A stretch of DNA of 64,000 bases from Nemertoderma westbladi (taxonomy: Eukaryota > Animalia > Xenacoelomorpha), in the NCBI GenBank assembly GCA_032718475.1, contig JAUCBJ010000579.1, positions 40,614 through 104,613 on the forward strand. The letters are read 5' to 3'. The notes below the pieces were generated by a model. It was not told the origin of the DNA, did not search any database, and worked only from the letters and a program-made list of their open reading frames with translations. The position numbers and the translations under genes are program-made. The first letter of the stretch is position 1. Every line of letters begins with the position of its first letter. This document shows positions 39,801-54,800 of this stretch, piece after piece.

Positions 39801-42800
39801 CCAATACTGTACTTTATTTCCCCAGTATCTGTACACCCAATACTGTACTTTATTTCCCCAGTACCTGTACACCCAATACAGTACTTTATTTCCCCAGTAT
39901 CTGTACACCCAATACTGTACTTTATTTCCCCAGTACCCATACCCAATACAGTACTTTATTTCCCCAGTACCCATACCCAATACAGTACTTTATTTCCCCA
40001 GTACCTGTACACCCAATACTGTACTTTATTTCCCCAGTACCCATACCCAATACAGTACTTTATTTCCCCACTACCCATACCCAATACAGTACTTTATTTC
40101 CCCAGTACCTTTACCCAATACACTACTTTATTTCCCCACTACCCATACCCAATATAGTACTTTATTTCCCCAGTACATGTATCCAATACAGTACTTTATT
40201 TCCCCAGTACCTGTACCACATACAGTAGATTCTTTCCCAGTACTTGTACCCAATACACTACTTTATTTCCTCAGTAGATTTATCCAATACATTACTTTAT
40301 TTCCCCAGTACCCATACCCAATACAGTAGTTTCTTTCCCAGTACTTGTACCCAATACACTACTTTATTTCCCCAGTAGATTTATCCAATACATTACTTTA
40401 TTTCCCCAGTACCCATACCCAATACAGTACTTTGTTTCCCCAGTACCTGTACACCCAATACTGTACTTTATTTCCCCAGTATCTGTACACCCAATACAGT
40501 ACTTTATTTCCCCAGTACCTGTACACCCAATACTGTACTTTATTTCCCCAGTACCTGTACCCAATAAAGTACTTTATTTCCCCAGTACATGTACCCAATA
40601 CAGTACTTTATTTCCCCAGTACCTTTACCCAATACAGTACTTTATTTCCCCAGTATCTGTACCCAATACAGTACTTTATTTCCCCAATACCGGTACCCAA
40701 TACAGTACTTTATTTCCCCAGTACATGTACCCAATACAGTACTTTATTTCCCCAATACCGGTACCCAATACAGTACTTTATTTCCCCAGTACATGTACCC
40801 AATACAGTACTTTATTTCCCCAGTACCTGTACACCCAATACTGTACTTTATTTCCCCAGTACCTGTATACTGTACCCAATACTGTACTTTATTTCCCCAG
40901 TACCTGTACACCCAATACTGTACTTTATTTCCCCAGTATCTGTACACCCAATACTGTACTTTATTTCCCCAGTATCTGTACACCCAATACTGTACTTTAT
41001 TTCCCCAGTACCTTTACCCAATACAGTACTTTATTTCCCCAATACCGGTACCCAATACAGTACTTTATTTCCCCAGTACATGTACACCCAATACTGTACT
41101 TTATTTCCCCAGTACCTGTACACCCAATACTGTACTTTATTTCCCCAGTACCTGTACACCCAATACTGTACATTATTTCCCCAGTACCTGTACACCCAAT
41201 ACTGTACTTTATTTCCCCAGTACATGTACACCCAATACTGTACTTTATTTCCCCAGTACATGTACACCCAATACTGTACTTTATTTCCCCAGTACCTGTA
41301 CACCCAATACTGTACTTTATTTCCCCAGTACCTGTACACCCAATACTGTACTTTATTTCCCCAGTACCTGTACACCCAATACTGTACTTTATTTCCCCAG
41401 TACATGTACCCAATACAGTACTCTATTTCCCCAATACCGGTACCCAATACAGTACTTTATTTCCCCAGTACATGTACCCAATACAGTACTTTATTTCCCC
41501 GGAGCTGTATACTGTACCCAATACTGTACTTTATTTCCCCAATACCGGTACCCAATACAGTACTTTATTTCCCCAATACCGGTACCCAATACAGTACTTT
41601 ATTTCCCCAGTATCTGTACACCCAATACTGTACTTTATTTCCCCAGTACCTGTACACCCAATACTGTACTTTATTTCCCCAATACCGGTACCCAATACAG
41701 TACTTTATTTCCCCAATACCGGTACCCAATACAGTACTTTTTTCCACAGTATCTGTACCCAATACAGTACTTTATTTCCCCAGTACCTGTACACCCAATA
41801 CTGTACTTTATTTCCCCAGTACCTGTACACCCAATACAGTACTTTATTTCCCCAGTACCTGTACACCCAATACTGTACTTTATTTCCCCAGTACCTGTAC
41901 ACCCAATACTGTACTTTATTTCCCCAATACCGGTACCCAATACAGTACTTTATTTCCCCAATACCGGTACCCAATACAGTACTTTATTTCCCCAGTACCT
42001 GTACACCCAATACTGTACTTTATTTCCCCAGTACCTGTACACCCAATACTGTACTTTATTTCCCCAGTACCTGTACACCCAATACTGTACTTTATTTCCC
42101 CAATACCGGTACCCAATACAGTACTTTATTTCCCCAGTACCTGTACACCCAATACTGTACTTTATTTCCCCAGTACCTGTACACCCAATACAGTACTTTA
42201 TTTCCCCAGTACCTGTACACCCAATACTGTACTTTATTTCCCCAATACCGGTACCCAATACAGTACTTTATTTCCCCAGTATCTGTACACCCAATACTGT
42301 ACTTTATTTCCCCAGTACCTGTACACCCAATACTGTACTTTATTTCCCCAATACCGGTACCCAATACAGTACTTTATTTCCCCAGTTCCTGTACACCCAA
42401 TACTGTACTTTATTTCCCCAGTACCTGTACACCCAATACAGTAATTTATTTCCCCAGTACCTGTACACCCAATACTGTACTTTATTTCCCCAGTACCTGT
42501 ACACCCAATACTGTACTTTATTTCCCCAATACCGGTACCCAATACAGTACTTTATTTCGCCAGTACCTGTACACCCAATACTGTACTTTATTTCCCCAGT
42601 ACCTGTACACCCAATACTGTACTTTATTTCCCCAATACCGGTACCCAATACAGTACTTTATTTCCCCAATACCGGTACCCAATACAGTACTTTATTTCCC
42701 CAGTACCTGTACACCCAATACTGTACTTTATTTCCCCAGTACCTGTACGTACACCCAATACTGTACTTTATTTCCCCAGTACCTGTACACCCAATACTGT

Positions 42801-45800
42801 ACTTTATTTCCCCAGTACCTGTACACCCAATACTGTACTTTATTTCCCCAATACCGGTACCCAATACAGTACTTTATTTCCCCAGTACCTGTACACCCAA
42901 TACTGTACTTTATTTCCCCAGTACCTGTACACCCAATACAGTACTTTATTTCCCCAGTACCTGCACACCCAATACTGTACTTTATTTCCCCAGTACCTGT
43001 ACACCCAATACTGTACTTTATTTCCCCAATACCGGTACCCAATACAGTACTTTATTTCCCCAGTACCTGTACACCCAATACTGTACTTTATTTCCCCAGT
43101 ACCTGTACACCCAATACAGTACTTTATTTCCCCAGTACCTGTACACCCAATACTGTACTTTATTTCCCCAATACCGGTACCCAATACAGTACTTTATTTC
43201 CCCAGTACCTGTACACCCAATACTGTACTTTATTTCCCCAGTACCTGTACACCCAATACTGTACTTTATTTCCCCAATACCGGTACCCAATACAGTACTT
43301 TATTTCCCCAGTACCTGTACACCCAATACTGTACTTTATTTCCCCAGTACCTGTACACCCAATACTGTACTTTATTTCCCCAATACCGGTACCCAATACA
43401 GTACTTTATTTCCCCAGTACCTGTACACCCAATACTGTACTTTATTTCCCCAGTACCTGTACACCCAATACTGTACTTTATTTCCCCAATACCGGTACCC
43501 AATACTGTACTTTATTTCCCCAGTACCTGTACACCCAATACTGTACTTTATTTCCCCAGTACCTGTACACCCAATACAGTACTTTATTTCCCCAATACCG
43601 GTACCCAATACAGTACTTTATTTCCCCAGTACCTGTACACCCAATACTGTACTTTATTTCCCCAGTACCTGTACACCCAATACTGTACTTTATTTCCCCA
43701 GTACCTGTATACTGTACCCAATACTGTACTTTATTTCCCCAGTACCTGTACACCCAATACTGTACTTTATTTCCCCAGTACCTGTACACCCAATACTGTA
43801 CTTTATTTCCCCAGTACCTGTACACCCAATACTGTACTTTATTTCCCCAGTACCTGTACACCCAATACAGTACTTTATTTCCCCAGTACCTGTACACCCA
43901 ATACTGTACTTTATTTCCCCAGTACCTGTACACCCAATACTGTACTTTATTTCCCCAATACCGGTACCCAATACAGTACTTTATTTCCCCAGTACCTGTA
44001 CACCCAATACTGTACTTTATTTCCCCAGTACCTGTACACCCAATACTGTACTTTATTTCCCCAATACCGGTACCCAATACAGTACTTTATTTCCCCAATA
44101 CCGGTACCCAATACAGTACTTTATTTCCCCAGTACCTGTACACCCAATACTGTACTTTATTTCCCCAGTACCTGTACGTACACCCAATACTGTACTTTAT
44201 TTCCCCAGTACCTGTACACCCAATACTGTACTTTATTTCCCCAGTACCTGTACACCCAATACTGTACTTTATTTCCCCAGTACCGGTACACCCAATACTG
44301 TACTTTATTTCCCCAGTACCTGTACACCCAATACTGTACTTTATTTCCCCAGTACCTGTACACCCAATACAGTACTTTATTTCCCCAGTACCTGCACACC
44401 CAATACTGTACTTTATTTCCCCAGTACCTGTACACCCAATACTGTACTTTATTTCCCCAATACCGGTACACCCAATACTGTACTTTATTTCCCCAGTACC
44501 TGTACACCCAATACTGTACTTTATTTCCCCAGTACCTGTACACCCAATACAGTACTTTATTTCCCCAGTACCTGTACACCCAATACTGTACTTTATTTCC
44601 CCAATACCGGTACCCAATACAGTACTTTATTTCCCCAGTACCTGTACACCCAATACTGTACTTTATTTCCCCAGTACCTGTACACCCAATACTGTACTTT
44701 ATTTCCCCAATACCGGTACCCAATACAGTACTTTATTTCCCCAGTACCTGTACACCCAATACTGTACTTTATTTCCCCAGTACCTGTACACCCAATACTG
44801 TACTTTATTTCCCCAATACCGGTACCCAATACAGTACTTTATTTCCCCAGTACCTGTACACCCAATACTGTACTTTATTTCCCCAGTACCTGTACACCCA
44901 ATACTGTACTTTATTTCCCCAATACCGGTACCCAATACTGTACTTTATTTCCCCAGTACCTGTACACCCAATACTGTACTTTATTTCCCCAGTACCTGTA
45001 CACCCAATACAGTACTTTATTTCCCCAATACCGGTACCCAATACAGTACTTTATTTCCCCAGTACCTGTACACCCAATACTGTACTTTATTTCCCCAGTA
45101 CCTGTACACCCAATACTGTACTTTATTTCCCCAGTACCTGTATACTGTACCCAATACTGTACTTTATTTCCCCAGTACCTGTACACCCAATACTGTACTT
45201 TATTTCCCCAGTACCTGTACACCCAATACTGTACTTTATTTCCCCAGTACCTGTACACCCAATACTGTACTTTATTTCCCCAGTACCTGTACACCCAATA
45301 CTGTACTTTATTTCCCCAGTATCTGTACACCCAATACTGTACTTTATTTCCCCAGTATCTGTACACCCAATACAGTACTTTATTTCCCCAGTACCTGTAC
45401 ACCCAATACTGTACTTTATTTCCCCAGTACCTGTACACCCAATACTGTACTTTATTTCCCCAGTACCTGTACACCCAATACTGTACTTTATTTCCCCAGT
45501 ACCTGTACACCCAATACTGTACTTTATTTCCCCAGTACCTGTACACCCAATACTGTACTTTATTTCCCCAGTACCTGTACACCCAATACTGTACTTTATT
45601 TCCCCAGTATCTGTACACCCAATACTGTACTTTATTTCCCCACGTACCTGTACACCCAATACTGTACTTTATTTCCCCAGTACCTGTACACCCAATACTG
45701 TACTTTATTTCCCCAGTATCTGTACACCCAATACTGTACTTTATTTCCCCAGTATCTGTACACCCAATACAGTACTTTATTTCCCCAATACCGGTACCCA

Positions 45801-48800
45801 ATACAGTACTTTATTTCCCCAATACCGGTACCCAATACAGTACTTTATTTCCCCAGTACCTGTACACCCAATACTGTACTTTATTTCCCCAGTACCTGTA
45901 CACCCAATACTGTACTTTATTTCCCCAGTATCTGTACACCCAATACTGTACTTTATTTCCCCAGTACCTGTACACCCAATACTGTACTTTATTTCCCCAG
46001 TACCTGTACACCCAATACTGTACTTTATTTCCCCAGTACCCGTACCCAATACTGTACTTTATTTCCCCAGTACCTGTACACCCAATACTGTACTTTATTT
46101 CCCCAGTACCTGTACACCCAATACTGTACTTTATTTCCCCAGTACCTGTACACCCAATACTGTACTTTATTTCCCCAGTACCTGTACACCCAATACTGTA
46201 CTTTATTTCCCCAGTACCTGTACACCCAATACTGTACTTTATTTCCCCAGTACCTGTACACCCAATACTGTACTTTATTTCCCCAGTACCTGTACACCCA
46301 ATACTGTACTTTATTTCCCCAGTACCTGTACACCCAATACTGTACTTTATTTCCCCAGTACCCACACCCAATACTGTACTTTATTTCCCCAGTACCTGTA
46401 CACCCAATACTGTACTTTATTTCCCCAGTACCTGTACACCCAATACTGTACTTTATTTCCCCAGTACCTGTACACCCAATACTGTACTTTATTTCCCCAG
46501 TATCTGTACACCCAATACTGTACTTTATTTCCCCAGTATCTGTACACCCAATACTGTACTTTATTTCCCCAGTATCTGTACACCCAATACTGTACTTTAT
46601 TTCCCCAGTACCTGTACACCCAATACTGTACTTTATTTCCCCAGTACCTGTACACCCAATACTGTACTTTATTTCCCCAGTACCTGTACACCCAATACTG
46701 TACTTTATTTCCCCAGTATCTGTACACCCAATACTGTACTTTATTTCCCCAGTACCTGTACACCCAATACTGTACTTTATTTCCCCAGTACCTGTACACC
46801 CAATACTGTACTTTATTTCCCCAGTACCTGTACACCCAATACTGTACTTTATTTCCCCAGTACCTGTACACCCAATACTGTACTTTATTTCCCCAGTACC
46901 TGTACACCCAATACTGTACTTTATTTCCCCAGTACCTGTACACCCAATACTGTACTTTATTTCCCCAGTACCTGTACACCCAATACTGTACTTTATTTCC
47001 CCAGTACCTGTACACCCAATACTGTACTTTATTTCCCCAGTACCTGTACACCCAATACTGTACTTTATTTCCCCAGTACCTGTACACCCAATACTGTACT
47101 TTATTTCCCCAGTACCTGTACACCCAATACTGTACTTTATTTCCCCAGTACCTGTACACCCAATACTGTACTTTATTTCCCCAGTACCTGTACACCCAAT
47201 ACTGTACTTTATTTCCCCAGTACCTGTACACCCAATACTGTACTTTATTTCCCCAGTACCTGTACACCCAATACTGTACTTTATTTCCCCAGTACCTGTA
47301 CACCCAATACTGTACTTTATTTCCCCAGTACCTGTACACCCAATACTGTACTTTATTTCCCCAGTACCTGTACACCCAATACTGTACTTTATTTCCCCAG
47401 TACCTGTACACCCAATACTGTACTTTATTTCCCCAGTACCTGTACACCCAATACTGTACTTTATTTCCCCAGTACCTGTACACCCAATACTGTACTTTAT
47501 TTCCCCAGTACCTGTACACCCAATACTGTACTTTATTTCCCCAGTACCTGTACACCCAATACTGTACTTTATTTCCCCAGTACCTGTACACCCAATACTG
47601 TACTTTATTTCCCCAGTACCTGTACACCCAATACTGTACTTTATTTCCCCAGTACCTGTACACCCAATACTGTACTTTATTTCCCCAGTACCTGTACACC
47701 CAATACTGTACTTTATTTCCCCAGTACCTGTACACCCAATACTGTACTTTATTTCCCCAGTACCTGTACACCCAATACTGTACTTTATTTCCCCAGTACC
47801 TGTACACCCAATACTGTACTTTATTTCCCCAGTACCTGTACACCCAATACTGTACTTTATTTCCCCAGTACCTGTACACCCAATACTGTACTTTATTTCC
47901 CCAGTACCTGTACACCCAATACTGTACTTTATTTCCCCAGTACCTGTACACCCAATACTGTACTTTATTTCCCCAGTACCTGTACACCCAATACTGTACT
48001 TTATTTCCCCAGTACCTGTACACCCAATACTGTACTTTATTTCCCCAGTACCTGTACACCCAATACTGTACTTTATTTCCCCAGTACCTGTACACCCAAT
48101 ACTGTACTTTATTTCCCCAGTACCTGTACACCCAATACTGTACTTTATTTCCCCAGTACCTGTACACCCAATACTGTACTTTATTTCCCCAGTACCTGTA
48201 CACCCAATACTGTACTTTATTTCCCCAGTACCTGTACACCCAATACTGTACTTTATTTCCCCAGTACCTGTACACCCAATACTGTACTTTATTTCCCCAG
48301 TACCTGTACACCCAATACTGTACTTTATTTCCCCAGTACCTGTACACCCAATACTGTACTTTATTTCCCCAGTACCTATACACCCAATACTGTACTTTAT
48401 TTCCCCAGTACCTGTATACTGTACCCAATACTGTACTTTATTTCCCCAGTACCCGTACACCCAATACTGTACTTTATTTCCCCAGTACCTGTACACCCAA
48501 TACTGTACTTTATTTCCCCAGTACCTGTACACCCAATACTGTACTTTATTTCCCCAGTACCTGTACACCCAATACTGTACTTTATTTCCCCAGTATCTGT
48601 ACACCCAATACTGTACTTTATTTCCCCAGTATCTGTACACCCAATACTGTACTTTATTTCCCCAGTATCTGTACACCCAATACTGTACTTTATTTCCCCA
48701 GTACCTGTACACTCAATACTGTACTTTATTTCCCCAGTATCTGTACACCCAATACTGTACTTTATTTCCCCAGTACCTGTACACCCAATACTGTACTTTA

Positions 48801-51800
48801 TTTCCCCAGTATCTGTACACCCAATACTGTACTTTATTTCCCCAGTACCTGTACACCCAATACTGTACTTTATTTCCCCAGTACCTGTACACCCAATACT
48901 GTACTTTATTTCCCCAGTACCTGTACACCCAATACTGTACTTTATTTCCCCAGTACCTGTACACCCAATACTGTACTTTATTTCCCCAGTACCTGTACAC
49001 CCAATACTGTACTTTATTTCCCCAGTACCTGTACACCCAATACTGTACTTTATTTCCCCAGTACCTGTACACCCAATACTGTACTTTATTTCCCCAGTAC
49101 CTGTACACCCAATACTGTACTTTATTTCCCCAGTACCTGTACACCCAATACTGTACTTTATTTCCCCAGTACCTGTACACCCAATACTGTACTTTATTTC
49201 CCCAGTACCTGTACACCCAATACTGTACTTTATTTCCCCAGTACCTGTACACCCAATACTGTACTTTATTTCCCCAGTACCTGTACACCCAATACTGTAC
49301 TTTATTTCCCCAGTACCTGTACACCCAATACTGTACTTTATTTCCCCAGTACCTGTACACCCAATACTGTACTTTATTTCCCCAGTACCTGTACACCCAA
49401 TACTGTACTTTATTTCCCCAGTACCTGTACACCCAATACTGTACTTTATTTCCCCAGTACCTGTACACCCAATACTGTACTTTATTTCCCCAGTACCTGT
49501 ACACCCAATACTGTACTTTATTTCCCCAGTACCTGTACACCCAATACTGTACTTTATTTCCCCAGTACCTGTACACCCAATACTGTACTTTATTTCCCCA
49601 GTACCTGTACACCCAATACTGTACTTTATTTCCCCAGTACCTGTACACCCAATACTGTACTTTATTTCCCCAGTACCTGTATACTGTACCCAATACTGTA
49701 CTTTATTTCCCCAGTACCCACACCCAATACTGTACTTTATTTCCCCAGTACCTGTACACCCAATACTGTACTTTATTTCCCCAGTACCTGTACACCCAAT
49801 ACTGTACTTTATTTCCCCAGTACCTGTACACCCAATACTGTACTTTATTTCCCCAGTACCTGTACACCCAATACTGTACTTTATTTCCCCAGTATCTGTA
49901 CACCCAATACTGTACTTTATTTCCCCAGTATCTGTACACCCAATACTGTACTTTATTTCCCCAGTACCTGTACACTCAATACTGTACTTTATTTCCCCAG
50001 TATCTGTACACCCAATACTGTACTTTATTTCCCCAGTACCTGTACACCCAATACTGTACTTTATTTCCCCAGTATCTGTACACCCAATACTGTACTTTAT
50101 TTCCCCAGTACCTGTACACCCAATACTGTACTTTATTTCCCCAGTACCTGTACACCCAATACTGTACTTTATTTCCCCAGTACCTGTACACCCAATACTG
50201 TACTTTATTTCCCCAGTACCTGTACACCCAATACTGTACTTTATTTCCCCAGTACCTGTACACCCAATACTGTACTTTATTTCCCCAGTACCTGTACACC
50301 CAATACTGTACTTTATTTCCCCAGTACCTGTACACCCAATACTGTACTTTATTTCCCCAGTACCTGTACACCCAATACTGTACTTTATTTCCCCAGTACC
50401 TGTACACCCAATACTGTACTTTATTTCCCCAGTACCTGTACACCCAATACTGTACTTTATTTCCCCAGTACCTGTACACCCAATACTGTACTTTATTTCC
50501 CCAGTACCTGTACACCCAATACTGTACTTTATTTCCCCAGTACCTGTACACCCAATACTGTACTTTATTTCCCCAGTACCTGTACACCCAATACTGTACT
50601 TTATTTCCCCAGTACCTGTACACCCAATACTGTACTTTATTTCCCCAGTACCTGTACACCCAATACTGTACTTTATTTCCCCAGTACCTGTACACCCAAT
50701 ACTGTACTTTATTTCCCCAGTACCTGTACACCCAATACTGTACTTTATTTCCCCAGTACCTGTACACCCAATACTGTACTTTATTTCCCCAGTACCTGTA
50801 CACCCAATACTGTACTTTATTTCCCCAGTATCTGTACACCCAATACTGTACTTTATTTCCCCAGTACCTGTACACCCAATACTGTACTTTATTTCCCCAG
50901 TACCTGTACACCCAATACTGTACTTTATTTCCCCAGTACCTGTACACCCAATACTGTACTTTATTTCCCCAGTACCTGTACACCCAATACTGTACTTTAT
51001 TTCCCCAGTACCTGTACACCCAATACTGTACTTTATTTCCCCAGTACCTGTACACCCAATACTGTACTTTATTTCCCCAGTACCTGTACACCCAATACTG
51101 TACTTTATTTCCCCAGTACCTGTACACCCAATACTGTACTTTATTTCCCCAGTACCTGTACACCCAATACTGTACTTTATTTCCCCAGTACCTGTACACC
51201 CAATACTGTACTTTATTTCCCCAGTACCTGTACACCCAATACTGTACTTTATTTCCCCAGTACCTGTACACCCAATACTGTACTTTATTTCCCCAGTACC
51301 TGTACACCCAATACTGTACTTTATTTCCCCAGTATCTGTACACCCAATACTGTACTTTATTTCCCCAGTACCTGTACACCCAATACTGTACTTTATTTCC
51401 CCAGTACCTGTACACCCAATACTGTACTTTATTTCCCCAGTACCTGTACACCCAATACTGTACTTTATTTCCCCAGTACCTGTACACCCAATACTGTACT
51501 TTATTTCCCCAGTACCTGTACACCCAATACTGTACTTTATTTCCCCAGTACCTGTACACCCAATACTGTACTTTATTTCCCCAGTACCTGTACACCCAAT
51601 ACTGTACTTTATTTCCCCAGTACCTGTACACCCAATACTGTACTTTATTTCCCCAGTATCTGTACACCCAATACTGTACTTTATTTCCCCAGTATCTGTA
51701 CACCCAATACTGTACTTTATTTCCCCAGTATCTGTACACCCAATACTGTACTTTATTTCCCCAGTACCTGTACACCCAATACTGTACTTTATTTCCCCAG

Positions 51801-54800
51801 TACCTGTACACCCAATACTGTACTTTATTTCCCCAGTACCTGTACACCCAATACTGTACTTTATTTCCCCAGTACCTGTACACCCAATACTGTACTTTAT
51901 TTCCCCAGTACCTGTACACCCAATACTGTACTTTATTTCCCCAGTACCTGTACACCCAATACTGTACTTTATTTCCCCAGTACCTGTACACCCAATACTG
52001 TACTTTATTTCCCCAGTACCTGTACACCCAATACTGTACTTTATTTCCCCAGTACCTGTACACCCAATACTGTACTTTATTTCCCCAGTACCTGTACACC
52101 CAATACTGTACTTTATTTCCCCAGTATCTGTACACCCAATACTGTACTTTATTTCCCCAGTACCTGTACACCCAATACTGTACTTTATTTCCCCAGTACC
52201 TGTACACCCAATACTGTACTTTATTTCCCCAGTACCTGTACACCCAATACTGTACTTTATTTCCCCAGTACCTGTACACCCAATACTGTACTTTATTTCC
52301 CCAGTACCTGTACACCCAATACTGTACTTTATTTCCCCAGTACCTGTACACCCAATACTGTACTTTATTTCCCCAGTACCTGTACACCCAATACTGTACT
52401 TTATTTCCCCAGTACCTGTACACCCAATACTGTACTTTATTTCCCCAGTACCTGTACACCCAATACTGTACTTTATTTCCCCAGTACCTGTACACCCAAT
52501 ACTGTACTTTATTTCCCCAGTACCTGTACACCCAATACTGTACTTTATTTCCCCAGTACCTGTACACCCAATACTGTACTTTATTTCCCCAGTACCTGTA
52601 CACCCAATACTGTACTTTATTTCCCCAGTACCTGTACACCCAATACTGTACTTTATTTCCCCAGTACCTGTACACCCAATACTGTACTTTATTTCCCCAG
52701 TACCTGTACACCCAATACTGTACTTTATTTCCCCAGTACCTGTACACCCAATACTGTACTTTATTTCCCCAGTACCTGTACACCCAATACTGTACTTTAT
52801 TTCCCCAGTACCTGTACACCCAATACTGTACTTTATTTCCCCAGTACCTGTACACCCAATACTGTACTTTATTTCCCCAGTATCTGTACACCCAATACTG
52901 TACTTTATTTCCCCAGTACCTGTACACCCAATACTGTACTTTATTTCCCCAGTACCTGTACACCCAATACTGTACTTTATTTCCCCAGTACCTGTACACC
53001 CAATACTGTACTTTATTTCCCCAGTATCTGTACACCCAATACTGTACTTTATTTCCCCAGTACCTGTACACCCAATACTGTACTTTATTTCCCCAGTACC
53101 TGTACACCCAATACTGTACTTTATTTCCCCAGTACCTGTACACCCAATACTGTACTTTATTTCCCCAGTACCTGTACACCCAATACTGTACTTTATTTCC
53201 CCAGTACCTGTACACCCAATACTGTACTTTATTTCCCCAGTACCTGTACACCCAATACTGTACTTTATTTCCCCAGTACCTGTACACCCAATACTGTACT
53301 TTATTTCCCCAGTACCTGTACACCCAATACTGTACTTTATTTCCCCAGTACCTGTACACCCAATACTGTACTTTATTTCCCCAGTACCTGTACACCCAAT
53401 ACTGTACTTTATTTCCCCAGTACCTGTACACCCAATACTGTACTTTATTTCCCCAGTACCTGTACACCCAATACTGTACTTTATTTCCCCAGTACCTGTA
53501 CACCCAATACTGTACTTTATTTCCCCAGTATCTGTACACCCAATACTGTACTTTATTTCCCCAGTACCTGTACACCCAATACTGTACTTTATTTCCCCAG
53601 TACCTGTACACCCAATACTGTACTTTATTTCCCCAGTACCTGTATACTGTACCCAATACTGTACTTTATTTCCCCAGTATCTGTACACCCAATACTGTAC
53701 TTTATTTCCCCAGTACCTGTACACCCAATACTGTACTTTATTTCCCCAGTACCTGTACACCCAATACTGTACTTTATTTCCCCAGTACCTGTATACTGTA
53801 CCCAATACTGTACTTTATTTCCGCAGTATCTGTACACCCAATACTGTACTTTATTTCCCCAGTACCTGTACACCCAATACTGTACTTTATTTCCCCAGTA
53901 TCTGTACACCCAATACTGTACTTTATTTCCCCAGTACCTGTACACCCAATACTGTACTTTATTTCCCCAGTACCTGTACACCCAATACTGTACTTTATTT
54001 CCCCAGTATCTGTACACCCAATACTGTACTTTATTTCCCCAGTACCTGTACACCCAATACTGTACTTTATTTCCCCAGTATCTGTACACCCAATACTGTA
54101 CTTTATTTCCCCAGTACCTGTACACCCAATACTGTACTTTATTTCCCCAGTACCTGTACACCCAATACTGTACTTTATTTCCCCAGTACCTGTACACCCA
54201 ATACAGTACTTTATTTCCCCAGTATCTGTACACCCAATACTGTACTTTATTTCCCCAGTACCTGTACACCCAATACTGTACTTTATTTCCCCAGTACCTG
54301 TACACCCAATACTGTGCTTTATTTCCCCAGTACCTGTATACTGTACCCAATACTGTACTTTATTTCCCCAGTATCTGTACACCCAATACTGTACTTTATT
54401 TCCCCAGTACCTGTACACCCAATACTGTACTTTATTTCCCCAGTACCTGTATACTGTACCCAATACTGTACTTTATTTCCCCAGTATCTGTACACCCAAT
54501 ACTGTACTTTATTTTTCCAGTACCTGTACACCCAATACAGTACTTTATTTCCCCAGTACCTGTACACCCAATACTGTACTTTATTTCCCCAGTACCTGTA
54601 CACCCAATACTGTACTTTATTTCCCCAGTACCTGTACACCCAATACTGTACTTTATTTCCCCAGTACCTGTACACCCAATACTGTACTTTATTTCCCCAG
54701 TACCTGTACACCCAATACTGTACTTTATTTCCCCAGTACCTGTACACCCAATACTGTACTTTATTTCCCCAGTACCTGTACACCCAATACTGTACTTTAT